Source: Gonapodya sp. JEL0774 (Eukaryota). Taken from it: a stretch of DNA of 54,261 nt. The position numbers and the translations under genes were made by a program. The stretch spans positions 62,001-116,261 of the forward strand of contig JADIIX010000068.1 of NCBI GenBank assembly GCA_027604505.1. Direction: 5' to 3'. The notes under the pieces are model-generated. The model worked only from the letters and a program-made list of their open reading frames with translations, had not been told where the DNA came from and made no database searches. Positions 37,624 to 50,937 of this stretch are shown here, in pieces; within the stretch, counting starts at the first letter, position 1; each line of letters starts with the position of its first letter.

Positions 37624-39792
37624 ATGGATGGCAAACGTGTCCGGCGAGCTTTTGTCCTCACAGAAGCAAATACCAATACTGAGAACTCTGTTGCTGTGCA
37701 TGACCCTTCTCCATGTCATGGGAGTTGGGGATCTCTCAATGAAAACTCTCTCGGCGATGCGCACGACGAGAGCAGTTTTAGGATCGATTCAAACTCCAAT
37801 GTGGATGCAATTCATACTCCCGCAGAGGGAGGTAACGCTGGCCACGCAAAAGGAACGGGAAACACTGTGGAAGAGGATGAGACCTACATTTGTGTCGTCT
37901 GTTCTTCTCCCTGGTCGAATGCTGGGAAGCACCGTTGCGTATCTCTGAGTTGTGGTCACCTTTTTGGCCTTTGGTTGGTGAAATATCGGCTCTTTCCCGT
38001 TGCGATTATTCTTCGATTTGATGCAGTCTCTCGAACCGGCAGCTGCATTGAAAAATGGTTGCAGGTCGACAAGAGGAAAAAAAACACCAAGAGTTGTCCA
38101 CTGTGCGGGTGAGTAGATCACATACTTGCTCTGCAATGGAGCACAAATTCACGATACGTTAAAGCGAACCAGCCGTACTAAAGGACATTCGACCCGTTAT
38201 CGCCACAAAAGTTGTAGCCAAGGATGACATGGAGCTGCGACAGATGAGGGAACGATATGAGGACTTGCAAAAACAGCATGCGGCTCTGGAGCGGGAAAAT
38301 GGGACCCTCAAGCTCAGCATACAAGCTGAACGAAACCTTACCTCGGAACTTAAAAGGAAGAACCAGTCTCTCGAGGGCGAACTCATCTGGTGGGCATTGC
38401 AACATTAAGCCTCTGTCCGAGAACAGTTGTGCTCATCGTGTTGCTCAGGCTTAAACGTGTCAAAGTCGACAAAACAGAAGACTCACCCGTCAGTACAATT
38501 GGCAATCTTGGAAATGGAAAGGAAGGATCGGCAGATGATGGTGGAACCTTTGACGTGGGACCACGAGCTATCACGAACGACTTCATTCGTGAGAAGCTGG
38601 AGTCAGTCAGAATACCCTCGGAAGTGAGAATTCTTCTATGGCTGACCACACTTCTTGCTTCTCATTCATTTCTGACGATCACTCGCAGTATGTTGGTGCG
38701 CGTGTCCTGTCCCATGACTCTCACAACAATATCCTTTTTGTCTCCGTGGAAAACGCTAGAACTCAACGACATGGGCTCTTGAAAGTGAATCTTCATGATT
38801 GTGAACGCATAGAATTTGTGCCTGTTCATTTGAAACAGATTCGAGACTGTCAAATTCACCCCAAGGACAACAACGTTTTATTGACGGCATCCGTGGACAA
38901 ACATTTAAAACTCACTCAGGTGTTATCCAATACTGTAGTTGCGGAATTCAAGCTGGACAAGCCCGTATGGTCATGTTGTTGGAATTCGACGGACCCCAAT
39001 TACATATTTGCGGGGCTCGTAACAAATTGCATCACTGTGTTTGATGTTCGAAAACCGGGATTGCCTCTCAGGGAAGTCAGTGGTCCTGCAATGGGAGGCA
39101 CAGGGAAAGCCATTCACTCCTTGGCTCACATTCCCAAGTGTCAGCAAGCTCCAGATGGGCTTCTGGGAGCAAACTTAGAAAGAGTCTTCTTTTGGGCATC
39201 AGATTCGGGAATGACAATGATCAATGCAGGAGACAATCACTTGTCATGCCACAACTCTGAGGACTGGTCGGGTGGGTGTGTGCACTTGCAAATTTCGTTT
39301 GGATATCTCGTGCATAATATAATCACCAAACCTGATTCTCCAGGCAATTGTACATCTATGTCCTTTGACGTTGCAAGTGAATCCTTTGTGGCGACTTTTA
39401 GGGACCCTGGGCTGCTGACCGCCACTCACAGGGTCGGTCAAGTCACATTGGGGTCTCCAGAATGCATGAGGAAAGTTGCAGACTTGTCAGGATGCTCCAT
39501 GGGAACGAGCATTACTCGGACCAAAATTTTCTCCATTGAAAGGAGGTTGACCGAACGTCGGCGCTTCACTTTCGTGGCGGCAGGCGACCAAGCCAATGCG
39601 AAGCTCCGGCTGTGGGACTTGACAAATAACATTTCAAAATCGAGCTCTTCAGAGAATTTTGCTGATTGTCAGGACATCTTTCTTCCGATGGGGTCCACGG
39701 TACTTGACTCTCAACTTTGCACGGAGGTCGGACCACCAATCCTCGCGTGCCTAACACCTGACTTTGTGCATATGTACAGTTTATTTAATTGA
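37624..39792 (+). CDS. RFWD3: RING + coiled-coil + WD40 E3 ubiquitin ligase
   Basis: CVVCSSPWSNAGKHRCVSLSCGHLFG..CIEKWL..CPLC; then HLKQIRD..LLTASVDK..PVWSCCW..FAGL..FDVR. Confidence 0.88.
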
Positions 39793-39807
39793 CTAGCTCG
39801 TGATCCT

Positions 39808-40701
39808 TTATCGACGACTCAGTAAATATCCATGATATGCTGTGACTACTTGGGTCACCGAATCTTTGTAACCAGTGAATCGTTCGTGACGCTCGATGCT
39901 CCAGCCAGTCTGACGGATCATCGCCTCCATGTCTTCTCTACTGTAAGCAGATAACTCTGAGGCATCTTTCTCCTCTGGAAATGTCAATCCAAACACGCCA
40001 TAATGTTCAGGTCTAACGAGTTCAAACACTCGCCCTAATAGTGCCTTTGGATTCCGAATAAAATCCATGACTCCAACACATACTTGGTCCATGGAAGCGG
40101 TTGGGATGAGCAAGCATCAAATGAGCATGGCCAATACCAGGTTTACTCACCAACACCATCATAAGCCTCGTTTAATCCGAGTTCGGACTCAACATTTCCG
40201 CATATTAATCGCCGATATGAGCCTCTACGTGAAGCTACTTCAAGCATCTGAAAGTAATGATGCAATGGCAATCAGAAGCCATCGAGCGCCCTTTGGACCG
40301 TTTTCACGTACAAACCTCTTTGGTAGCATCCACACCGTCGACATTAAACTTTCCTGAATATGGGTCGGAAAGAAACAAGGCGGAACTCTGGCCCGTTCCA
40401 CAGCCCAGGTCAAGAATCGAGAAGGAATGATCATTGTTTGCCGGGTTCTCACGAGAACACACTACCGGAGACGGCGAAAATACAAGGGTTCGAAAAAGAT
40501 AGTCAAGAATCCAACGGGAAATGATGAATGGTGCTGGGTACGCGGATCTTCGACAAAGAATGGAATCTGTTAGGCCAAGGATGCATTCAACAACGGGGAT
40601 ACTGAAACCAAGCACCTGTCACTCTCTATTTCATCATCATACGAGCGAGAGTAATCTTTGTAGTAGTCAGAGATGTCACTCAGTGTCCAGGTCGAAGTCA
40701 T
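39808..40701 (-). CDS. Class I SAM-dependent methyltransferase (METTL27/COG4976-like)
   Basis: DYYKDYSRSYDDE..YPAP, ILDLGCGTGQS, VDGVDAT, VCVGVMDFI; spliced. Confidence 0.8.
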
Positions 40702-40772
40702 ACCGAAGAACAGCGGGCGTGCTTCAGCATCCCACTGAGGCCTCACGCAATCCGATCATTTTAGAATAAAGA

Positions 40773-43700
40773 ATGTCGAAATTGAAGGCCATCACGGAAA
40801 AATTTCAGTCGACTAGGATTCAGGATACTACGATCGCTGTTGCTTCACAGGAGGAGATAGAGACTGCTCTTGTTGAGCTTGGTGGACTGCGTGAGGATCT
40901 ACTTGAACTTCTTCGAGACACACCAATAGAAGTCCGTGGAGCGATCCAAAGTCGGGAGCAGATTCAAGATCTTCTCGATGCGATAGTCAGAGAGACGAAG
41001 GTCTACGAACAGTTTGTAGGAGAGGACCGACCGAAATTGAGCTTGGAAGCAATCCTTGGGGAACCGGACGATGTATCCCTGTACAATCATCAAGATTGGG
41101 AGCAAGATGGAGAGGAAAGCGTGATTGAAAATGTGAATGAGGAGGTATGACTTCGTCGCCGTGGTTCTTTGCCTCGTTCCATTCAGTCACAATTCCGAAT
41201 TCAGCGCTCGCAGGAGAGCACCTCAGAAGTCTCTTTAGACGAAATTTCGACAACCTCAACATTGTCCCCATCAGCGCTTGGCTTTGCCCCACAGCTCTCT
41301 TTATCCCGGCCCCCAGGATTTCGCATGGACAGCCTCGCAGCGCAGAGCAACTTGGGAAGTGGTCCAGGACATTCACCAGAGTTCACATCAACCACTTACC
41401 CCGTGGGACCTTCTTCTTTGATATCCTCAGAACGTGGGGAGTCCTCTCTGGCAACCTCTCCATTTCCACCGTTTGAGCGGAATCTGACACAGGGTGATAG
41501 TAACTTTATCCCATCTGGACCCTTGGATGTCTTCAAATGGATACCACTACAGAAGCTGAATGATCAAATATTTGCTGATGCAGCACGACAAAATATTGGG
41601 ATGCTCACAGTGTTTGCTGTGAGGACAGGCATCCACATTGGTTTTCCCACTGAAGCAAAGTTAAAGGTCGCATTGCTTTGTAGGTCAACGGTCTTATAGC
41701 CCTTGGAACCTCACGTAGCATCATTTTACTGTTTGATGCAAACCAGACGTTGAAGGCAATATTGGGTGATGTTTCCAATGGTAAATTCACAGTGTGTTTT
41801 TGGTGGGGTGAAGTAGGTGTAACTCTTTGGCCCAGCCCCAGAGTATGGATCAGTTACATCTGTCGCTATATCACCAGATGCTAATGTTGTTGCAGCTGGG
41901 CACAAAGAGGGAGTAATCTCCATTTGGGACACAAGAACAGGATCAAACATCAGGACAATGGCACCTGCGAAGTCTGAGAAACTTGAAAAGCAGGACAAGC
42001 ACTTGAAGGGGTCTGCAATCATTCATGTGACCTTTACTGATTCTTCAGCCGAGCTCCTGTCTGCAGATGATAAGGTTAGCAATTTGTCCATCAGTTTTGT
42101 CCCAAGTCCATTCCTGTTTATGATGCAGCATTGTTCAGGGTACTATCCTACTACACAGACTCTCCAAAGTTTTTGTCATGTCATCAGTTAGAACTTCAAG
42201 GTTGCATGGTACACCACTTGGTAATACCACCCAATCTGTCCAAACCACTGTATTCTCACTTGCAGTCTTGACTGAGACACATGCAAGGCGTGCCGTTCCA
42301 GGATCTAGTCTCCTTGCATTCACTACACCATTTAAAGTAAATATTCTTGGGAGCAAGGCTGCACCAGTGATCTCACCTAACAACATAATGTACATATTCA
42401 CATGCAGCTGCAAGTCATGACACTGCACCCTCATCCAGAAGTCAAGCACAAAATTGTTTGGAGCAAACTGCACAATGCAGAAGCTTCTCCATTCCTTGCA
42501 AATAGCCCTTCACACAAGGGCACTCAAATAAGATCCAGTCTTGGAACCAACAGCAGTGCAGCACCCTCCACACTCATGTCATGTGTTGCTTGGAGCCCAA
42601 CAAGGATTGAAAAATATCCCTCAGGTATGCTGCTCATGTTAACTCTGTCTGAAATATCATGTACAACTGGAAGGTGCTCTTGAACCCCTCAAAGGCAATA
42701 ATTTGCTAACTCTACTGGCTTTCTCTTGGGGAGATCTATTAATGATAGCCCAGGTTCAAATTGTCCTTGGCCGATCTTCAAAAGACACCAGCTCTTTGAA
42801 CATGCTTATTCCAGATGAGCAGTCAAAGGGCAAACAGAGACAGCAGTTGAAATTTACCTTACTTGGTGAATCAAAAAGAACCAATCCCATTGTCAGCTTG
42901 CTGTGGTTAGACAGAACACATCTGATTATTATGGAGCAAAATGAACAGCTCACTGTTTATGATGCAGGGATTTTGACTCCCCTTGAAAGTTGTGACATTC
43001 GATCCAAAGAGATTGTTTATCATGATATCTTCAGGAAATCACTAGAGTCTAATTCAATGTCCCCAACCCTTGCTTATTACCACAGTTTGAGGGCATACAG
43101 AGGCAATTTATTTGCAATGGTGAGTGGCTGTCTTGGTTAGTGTCAGACAAATGTTCACAGTTTTGTGTGGTATGTTTCTCCCAAAAGGGCTTTCACAGTA
43201 TATATGCAGTGACTTTAATTCCATGGGAAGAAAGATTAGTATCAGCTGTAAAAGCTGGGAGTTTCACAATGGCGGTACAAATGGCGCTGGAGTTCTTTTC
43301 TGGTCATACTCTTCACATTGCAACTGGTATACCATCTGAGCCAAACATCAGGAGGCAAGTCTTAGGAGATTACATCATGGATATGCTCAAAAAACAAGTG
43401 GGTCTGTCACTATCTGTTGCAAGTGATCATGGACAGCACAATCTATCTTCTATGGAACATGAGCCATTTGAGTTAAATGATCAAGATACAGACCAGGACC
43501 ATGTTGTTCAGCACCTTGCAAAATTATGCATTGACACAAGTCTTGTAATATCCAGAGAGGATGAATTGTTTGGTGAAATTTTTGAACTGTTTTCAGCTGC
43601 TGGGATGGATGCAGTGTTCTTTGAAGAGTTGGAACCCTACATATTGGGTGATAGATTTGGTGATGGGCTTAAAGATGCAAGTGTGGCACAAGGCCTTGTG

Positions 43701-45983
43701 CAGTTTTACACTGAGAGGGGACTTTACAAGCGGTTAGAAGAATGCTTGCTTCATTTGCACCCTTCAGCCCTGAATGTGGATGCAATAATGAGCATCTGTC
43801 AAACTCATCAACTTTACTTGGCGTTGATATATGTGTACAATCAAGGACTACACGATTTTGTTTCTCCTCTGATTGTTTTGCTCAAGTTAATGGAACTGAG
43901 CAACATTCAGGAGGTTCCTGCTGGAAAGCAATTGGTAAACAAGGCACCAGATTCCTGCTATATCACCTATGTCTACCTTGCATTCATTTTCACTGGAAGG
44001 GGCTTTCCGCACAATAAACCACTTGGAAGTGGAGCCTTGCAAGCCAAAACAGATGCATACAACTTTTTATTCTCTCCACAGTTCATAGTTTGGCCCCCCA
44101 TGTCATCAAATCTGGTGGAAGTTACCAAAGCCTCGAAGAGCTTCCCATATCTTTCTATTGTTGTGCAGTATGATTCTGAGCAGTTTTTTTTAATGTTGGC
44201 CACAGCTTTTGAAGATCTCAGCCTTAGTGGGGAGCTTTTTGTTGGTCTTGACTATGATACTGGATCTTCCCCTGCCTTTGGAGACAAAGTGGAGCTTAAT
44301 CGACAGTTCATTATTGACATATTGTGTTCCCTTTTAGCACCAAACCTGCAGACTGTGGATCTTCAAGCTCAGCAGCAGGGACAGTCTCAGCCACCATATC
44401 CATTTGCAGAGATAGATGTTGTTCGATTGCTTTGCTTCCTCGCATCAAGTGTTGTCAAGTACTCAACATTTATCTCATTGGACATGAAGACTTATAGGAA
44501 CATCATTTTCTGTCTTTTGGGTTCTTCACATGACATTTTGAGAACTGAGAGGCAGTTCGCTATGGAATTATTGCTTGAACATTTCGGCCCTCACAACATT
44601 GGAATATCTGAAAGCCTCATCATTGATTATTGTGAAAGAGCAAAGTTCTACCAAATTGCTGAAAAGTACTTGCGTAAATCAGGACAACTTGACAAAGTAC
44701 TGAGTTGCTACCTTAATGATGAGAATAGGAAGGCACAGGTTTTTGATGCAATCAGTCAACTAGCAGTTGAAGCTACACAAAGGAAGGTTGACATTGAGAG
44801 CTCTGTGTTAGAGAGGATCCCTACATTGGTTGAACTGAGTCCAAGCAAAACTGCCACAATTGTTGACACTGTTTTTGGTGGGCAACATGTGAAAGTTTTG
44901 ATGAGGCTTCAAGGCTATCAGTCCCTTGAGTACAGCTACCTCCAAGCACTGCTGGATCTGTATCAAGAACTAGGTGGTGGAAGTTTTCCTGTCAGCCAAC
45001 ATGTCCTTTCTAGGGAGGAGCCATTTGAGCAACAAGTTTATGACCGTTACATTGAACTGCTGTGTCACTATCACCCTGAGTCTGTGAAGCCTTTTCTGAC
45101 CTTTTTGGACTCAAAGTATCACAATTGTGCATATGATTTAGAGAGAGCAAAACAGCTGACACAACAACATCAACTAGCCAGCGCAACAGCCTGGGTATTA
45201 GAGAGAACAGGAGATGTTTTTGGTTCACTGCAATTGTTGCTCCAAGCACTGAACACACAATTCTCAAAATTAATTGAACTAGTCCACAACTTGATTGCAA
45301 ACCACAAAGGAAAGAACATGTCGCTGAAGAAAGACAGTGAATTAGTGAATTGGGTGGAAGTGTATGGGGGCCATCTTAGAGATGCAACAACACAAGAATT
45401 TCAAGAAATGGCAAATCATGCCATAAACACATTGGAGGATATTGTGGTGTTTTGCCAGAGAAACTCCAAAAGACTTTCAGGACCAGAAAGCCATATGTTG
45501 TGGGTTACCTTGCTGGACAACATTATTGGGATACAAAAGTCTCTTGCACAGGAATCAAATCACTCTGGAACATTGCCAGAAGATCTTCAACTTTCAAATT
45601 TGATGAGGAAGGCCCTACAAATAGTCTTGAATGGCATGTTAGGATTCACATCGTTGCCTCCAGTGTTATTCAAAATTGTTAATGAGCAAGCTGGTGCACA
45701 ATTCCAGGAGATTCGTGACATTGTATTCTCTTTCTTAGAGATGTATGATTATGAGGAGAATCTTGTGCAGGTGACCACAAAACTTTTATCAAGTCACACA
45801 GATAAAGGATTTGTTGGGCTTTACAAACTTCGATCAAAAGCACTTCGTCCACGGAAAGGGCTTTGTAGGGTTTGTCAGCAATCAGTGAGGAACATCACTA
45901 GTCCAGTTGTACTGCAGAATATTGGGGCAGAAACAGTATTTTTTCACCCTGCCTGCATTGAGGGAACCGATGACAAGCAATAG
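40773..45983 (+). CDS. VPS8: CORVET subunit Vps8 (WD40, Vps8 domain, clathrin-repeat-like, degenerate RING)
   Basis: IALGTS.., YGSVTSVAISPD..AAGH, LLSADDK|G, LAFSWG, FFEELEPYIL, LEECLLHL, LIYVYNQGL.DFVSPL, VLERTGD, FCQRNS, CRVC. Confidence 0.92.
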
Positions 45984-46356
45984 TAGTGACATGTTTATCC
46001 CCCCAGTATGGTCTCTAATGCGCTTGCAATTGCATTAGACTCAATGATCTCTCAGCAAATTTTCCAGTGGTTTGTTATCATCCAATATTAGAAGTTCTGT
46101 TTAGTTACAGCAGGGAAGATGGTTTGAGAATTCAGCTTATCACAGAAGCTTACCTTGTATTTGCTTAGACAATGTCTTTGCACTGGCCTAGAGACCCAGA
46201 GGAGTACAAGAGGAGTGGAATGTTGATGGAGAGTTTGAAGGACTGTGATAAGCACAGGATGAGGATGAGAGCATCCCAAGCCCTCCTGCCAGAAGTAACT
46301 TCACTTCACATCAGAAAAACAGAGCACTTTTAATGTACACTGAAAGATTTTGGAGA

Positions 46357-46492
46357 TATTTGGACATTATATGATATTATATTTGTTTTGAGTGACTGAT
46401 ACTGGATAATCTGCATGATAGGTGTAAATACCAGCTGTGACAGTGAGTGAAAAGAGTAAGTTGCGCACAGGCAGAGTCCACTCATTCCAACA
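46357..46492 (+). mobile_element. Degenerate short solo LTR (Copia-like family A)
   Basis: Ends gagtaagttgcgcacaggcagagtcc..ttccaaca, resembling the end of the 52900-53032 LTR; flanks ggaga/agaga. Confidence 0.5.
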
Positions 46493-46535
46493 AGAGAGCC
46501 CCAGAAGGACGAAGTCAACAGATGATCCCTGTTGT

Positions 46536-46641
46536 TGTTTGTGTATGTACACTAAGTGTAATATCTGTATGTTTAGTGGGTAAACTATATTAGCTTGCCA
46601 TCATAGATGAGCAGCACCATCAGCAATATACTGTTTCGCAC
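46536..46641 (+). mobile_element. Truncated solo-LTR fragment (family A), inverted relative to the 46844 and 48568 copies
   Basis: Reverse complement gives ctcatctatgatggcaagctaatatagtttacccactaaacatacagata, near-identical to 48623-48670. Confidence 0.8.
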
Positions 46642-46843
46642 CAGGTCCCTGGAAACAAAGGCCCTCACTAGTGCCCCAGCCACGAAAACAAAATTAACAC
46701 CAAAACCAACAGCCAGTGCCCCCCTGCCACCAAATGCTGCTTCAACTGTGGCAACTGCAGCCACACTGCTGCTGATTGTTGGGAGGAGTGCCAGTAGTGT
46801 GGGGACACAGGGCATCAGAGGAGAGACTCCCCTGACAGGAAGT

Positions 46844-46976
46844 TGTTGGAATTGCGGTTCTCTGTCTTGTGTATAATGCAGTGTATTACAGTCAGTGCCA
46901 CTCATCTATGATGACGGGCTTATATAGTTTACTCACTAAACATACAGATAATACACACAGTGTTCATGCACCAACA
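46844..46976 (-). mobile_element. Solo LTR, 133 bp, perfect 5-bp TSD GAAGT
   Basis: TGTTGG...CCAACA termini flanked by gaagt on both sides; similar to 48568-48699. Confidence 0.9.
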
Positions 46977-47660
46977 GAAGTCCAAACAGAAACCAGCCAC
47001 ACACAACATCATTAGGGAAGGGGAGGGCAAGAGGTTGCAGAATACACAGGAACAATCCATGGTGTGGAGAGAGAGGACAATACATATGAAGTCAAGGCTT
47101 ACACCGTCCAACACCCCAAAACCAAAACAGCAAAACATACACCAGATCCCAACAAAAGATCCTCAATTTTGTGGGCCACATCTCTAAGAAGCAAGTGAGG
47201 GAGGACACGTGGCCAAATGGTTCAGGTGGAATACCGTTGTGCATGGTTCCCTGCAGCCTGTGATTGCTGACACTGCAGTCTGCACACAGTGGGTCATGGG
47301 TCACCAAGGGCAGGTCATGACCCACTGTTAATAAACATGCAGGTAACATCACGACAGCGCTCCAGAAACGAACATGTTACGTGATCTTATGTAACTAATA
47401 ATAATATTGGAGCAAGGTGACCTTCTTGGTCTACCAACAACACGCCCCAACAGTCCCCACCACTCACAGGCCAATTTTTGTCTCACATTTCATCAACTAC
47501 GTGGAAGACAAATGGAAATTGATCTCTGGTTGAGAGAACAGGTGTTCAAGGAGGTTCAGCTTGTGAAACTGTTGTTCTTGAAGGCAGGCTCCAAATCTCA
47601 TTGCGCAGGAACAGAAACAAAAACAGAAAACATCAAAGGAGTAGCAAAATCTGCAGATTA

Positions 47661-47795
47661 TGTGAGTTTGGATGGTTGTTTTAGTTACATGTTGTGTGTA
47701 CTATATATTTGTATGATAGACTGCAGCACGTAGATCATGGCGCCAGCATGTAACAGAGTGAGTTGCACAGATGAGGACCTCCACTATTCCTGACA
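47661..47795 (+). mobile_element. Degenerate short solo LTR (family A-related)
   Basis: TG..CA termini; reverse complement shares atctacgtgctgcagtctatcatacaaatatatagtacaca with 48518-48560; TSD ambiguous (tatg). Confidence 0.55.
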
Positions 47796-48567
47796 TATGT
47801 GTTCAAGATTGAATCATTTCCTTCCACAGAATACTGAAACCATGTCCAACCACACCTCCATCTTGTCACTCACTTTGCTGCAAGCTCCAATTGCAGCAGC
47901 TGGCAGATATTGAGCTCTGGCTCACCTTCTTCCATGAGGCAGACTGCTTTGGATTCTGAGACACACACAACCTTTGGCTCCCCCACCCTGTGGCAAGCCG
48001 TGGTGAACAAACCAGGCCTCCTAGATGCTACTAGGCCCGCATTAGAACACAAGCTTGCAGAGCATCCAAAAGGAACAACAAAAGTGTACAAACCAACACA
48101 GAAACTGTGGGGCTTGGTGCCAAGAGCACAACTTTGCTGAAAGGGACTTGGTATCTGAGGGCAAGCTCCATCTTTTCTTGGAGAAAGTGATCATCCCCCA
48201 TGGCAATCAAATTGCCTGAAAGCTTTTTGTGGACAAGTACGGGAATGAGCTACAAATTGCAAATAAGAGGCGGAAACATCGACCTATTTCAATAGAACAT
48301 CCCACTCAGGACGACGAAAGTCACGTTGGGGAACAAAACAACAGAGAAGAGAGTGGAATGAGTAGGTTTGAATCAGGGAGTGGAGAGACTCCTGCCTCTG
48401 CTGAAGGGCAGTCAAGGAATGCCAATGGTAGGGTGATGGAAGCAGACTCTGAAGATGAGATGCAACAAGGTATGATCACGTGTGTGGGCAACTTAGTATA
48501 TTCACCACTGGTGCACTCATCTATGTGCAGCAGACTATCATACCAATATATACTACACACCGCGCAC

Positions 48568-48699
48568 TGTTGGAACCACAGTATTCTGTCTTATGTGCAA
48601 CACAGAATATTTCAGTCGATGCCCTCATCTATGATGGCAGGCTAATATAGTTTACCCACTAAACATACAGATAATGTACACAGTGTCCATACACCAACA
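48568..48699 (-). mobile_element. Solo LTR, 132 bp, TSD cgcac/cgcat, nested in an older LTR-like fragment inside the Crypton
   Basis: TGTTGG...CCAACA termini; one TSD mismatch is a CpG-type C>T. Confidence 0.88.
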
Positions 48700-50537
48700 C
48701 GCATGCACACAGACACAACACCACATATATCCAACAATCAAGGAATGAGAAGATACGAGGCAGTGCACTGAAGGACAAGATTCAAGCTTTAACTTCAGGG
48801 GAAAGTGAGCACAAACATCAGGCATAGGAGGATTGTGGGGCTGGAACACCTCTGGATGGGTACAGAGAAGAGGACCTCCCCAAATCTGCAAAGTACTTTT
48901 GGGACTGTGACAATGGTACTGGTCTGAGGGACCAGACAGACTTCCTTGTTTCCCACCACATGGTCCTTTGAAGTGAGTCTGTCTGGGAAGCAGATCTTGC
49001 TGATCTCTCTCAGATAGGGTAGAAAATCCAAGGTCCCCACCCTTGCTTTGTGTTTGTTGCGACTGTGCGCCGGTGCAAGACAAATCAAATTGGCTGTCTG
49101 GAAACAGGTGGATGCATTCGGAATATAAATGAGCAAGTGAGGATCTCTTGGTCTTGTATACTAAAAAATGAGATGGGCTTAAAAAGAAATTAATCTGATG
49201 TGCATCGCTTAATTACTGGATCACTTTCTAGTGTTGCCTTGGGGTTCTACCCCTTCATGTTGAGAAAGGGGACTTTCCAGATCTCAGCACCAGGGGTTCA
49301 TGGTATGACATTGTGCTCAAAAGGTGGCAAAGATGGGGAAGATTGATACAAGCAAGTGGCATATGGTGCTCAGCCCAAAGCAATGACTAAAATGATGAAG
49401 ACAGTCCATATAAACTTGCTTAGTAAAACTCATGCTCGGCGCCATGGCTCTCTCTGTTAACTTGAACAACTGCCCAACATTGACGACAACCAGGTTTGCA
49501 GGCTTGGGCGGTGAATTGGGGAACGTATGGAATGCTCTTATTTGAGCAACATCTCCCGAGGTCCAGTTCTCGGTTTGGCAGGATTCTCCTCAGTTGGTCT
49601 ACTTCTTAAGTAGGACAGGAGTGTCTCAGGATCTTTCAGCCATCGGTTTCTTAGATTTTTTGTGGCAGCTTCATGTTGTTATCCTCCAAGATGGGGCAGT
49701 TTTGATTAGCAACCCTGGCTACAAATCCCATCACTTGTTGCAGACCCCTGTCTTTCAGTCTCCACAGTTTCATAACTTCAGGGACAGGTTGAAGGTAGCC
49801 ATGGAAGCGCCTGGTGTTCAAACCCCAGTCAGGACCAATCTTCACACAGCTGTTCCAGACCTCATTGATGCAATGGCCGCACATCAACATAGCGCAGTTT
49901 CCATGGTTCAGCGCACAGTCCAGCCTTTGATTAAAACTGTAGACTCCTTGAATCAGCACGTTTCATGTCTTGTTCAGGTGAACAATGCCATGCTCAAGGC
50001 ACTAGGCAGTGGAATTGTTCATTTATGGAGACACTCACATCAGTTTATGCAGCTTATTTTGATGGGGAGCAAGGGTCAAGCAGTGGAAGAGGTTGTGTTC
50101 AACAACCACAGGGGCAATCAGCTGCAAGCCAACAAAACCCTGAGCTTCAAAGTGAGCGTGAAGAGGTACCAATTGTGACTGGCTGTGATGCAAATTACGC
50201 TGATGCTGCAGACCAGGAGGAAGATGTGGAGCCTAATAAGGGTACTTCTGGCTTATGGCCAAGAACTGTTGAGATGCCCAAGTATAAGTTCAATTGTTCA
50301 ATCAAGACAGTCTCCCATGGCTGGTCTGAGTATTTAGATGGATATGTAGGAGGCCCCCCAGGGAAGGAGCTGCAGAAGTGCTTTGGAGCACAGTGGCAAG
50401 TTGGAGATTCACAGTTTGCACATTGGCAGAAAGCATTGTAGAAGGCCATGGAGGACCTGAGGGAGAAGGAGGGAGGTGTGGAGAGGGCAGCGCAAGCTCG
50501 TGAGACTTGTCTGCTGGAGGAGAAATGGTCCTTGGAC

Positions 50538-50724
50538 TGTTGGAACTCCAAACTTGTCTTTTCTTCTTGAAAACACACACTACATGGGAAAATGGGATGT
50601 TTATATGTACTTTGACCTGCTGTGCCGCACAGGCCACAGTGATGACTCATCCAACCACTTTCCCAATCATCTCTGGAGTCCAAATCCAACGTACACAAAT
50701 TATTTGGTAACCAATGACTTCACA
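50538..50724. mobile_element. Solo LTR family B, 187 bp, perfect TSD TGGAC
   Basis: TGTTGG...TCACA; removing it plus one TSD restores KWSLDKLQKE of the Crypton; homologous to 53971-54128. Confidence 0.88.
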
Positions 50725-50937
50725 TGGACAAACTTCAGAAGGAGACTACTAAAGAACCAAATAGCGAGTAGTAGTTGAGGTAGCAAATGGAGCCCAGTCT
50801 TTTCAGAATAGAGTTTTCTGCTGTCTTTCATTATCCCCACTCTTTTGCAGCATATATGAAGTAGTGGGTTTCAAAATTAGAGATTATGCAGGAAATTATG
50901 GAACCATTCTTCAACTATTATGCAGTTTATTATGCGA

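Larger units (their letters stand above)
47990..50770 (+). pseudogene. Decayed Crypton-F-like tyrosine-recombinase transposon (NDC10-II-like domain + GCR1_C)
   Basis: EDCGAGTPLDGY..GLRDQTDFL..HMVL*SES..DLADL..GPHPC..KTNQIG..CIRN; SKTHA; LAGF..YFLSR; VILQDGAVL..PVFQS; YKFNCSIKTV..WSEY..G..G.P..EL..FGAQW; multiple stops. Confidence 0.85.

Noticed and set aside
1..46000. Functional gene cluster or U12-type introns
   Set aside because: Genes are functionally unrelated housekeeping loci; no GTATCCTT/ATATCCTT donor was noticed at exon boundaries.
46536..46976. Inverted repeat pair as DNA-transposon TIRs
   Set aside because: Better explained as two oppositely oriented solo LTRs; one has its own TSD.
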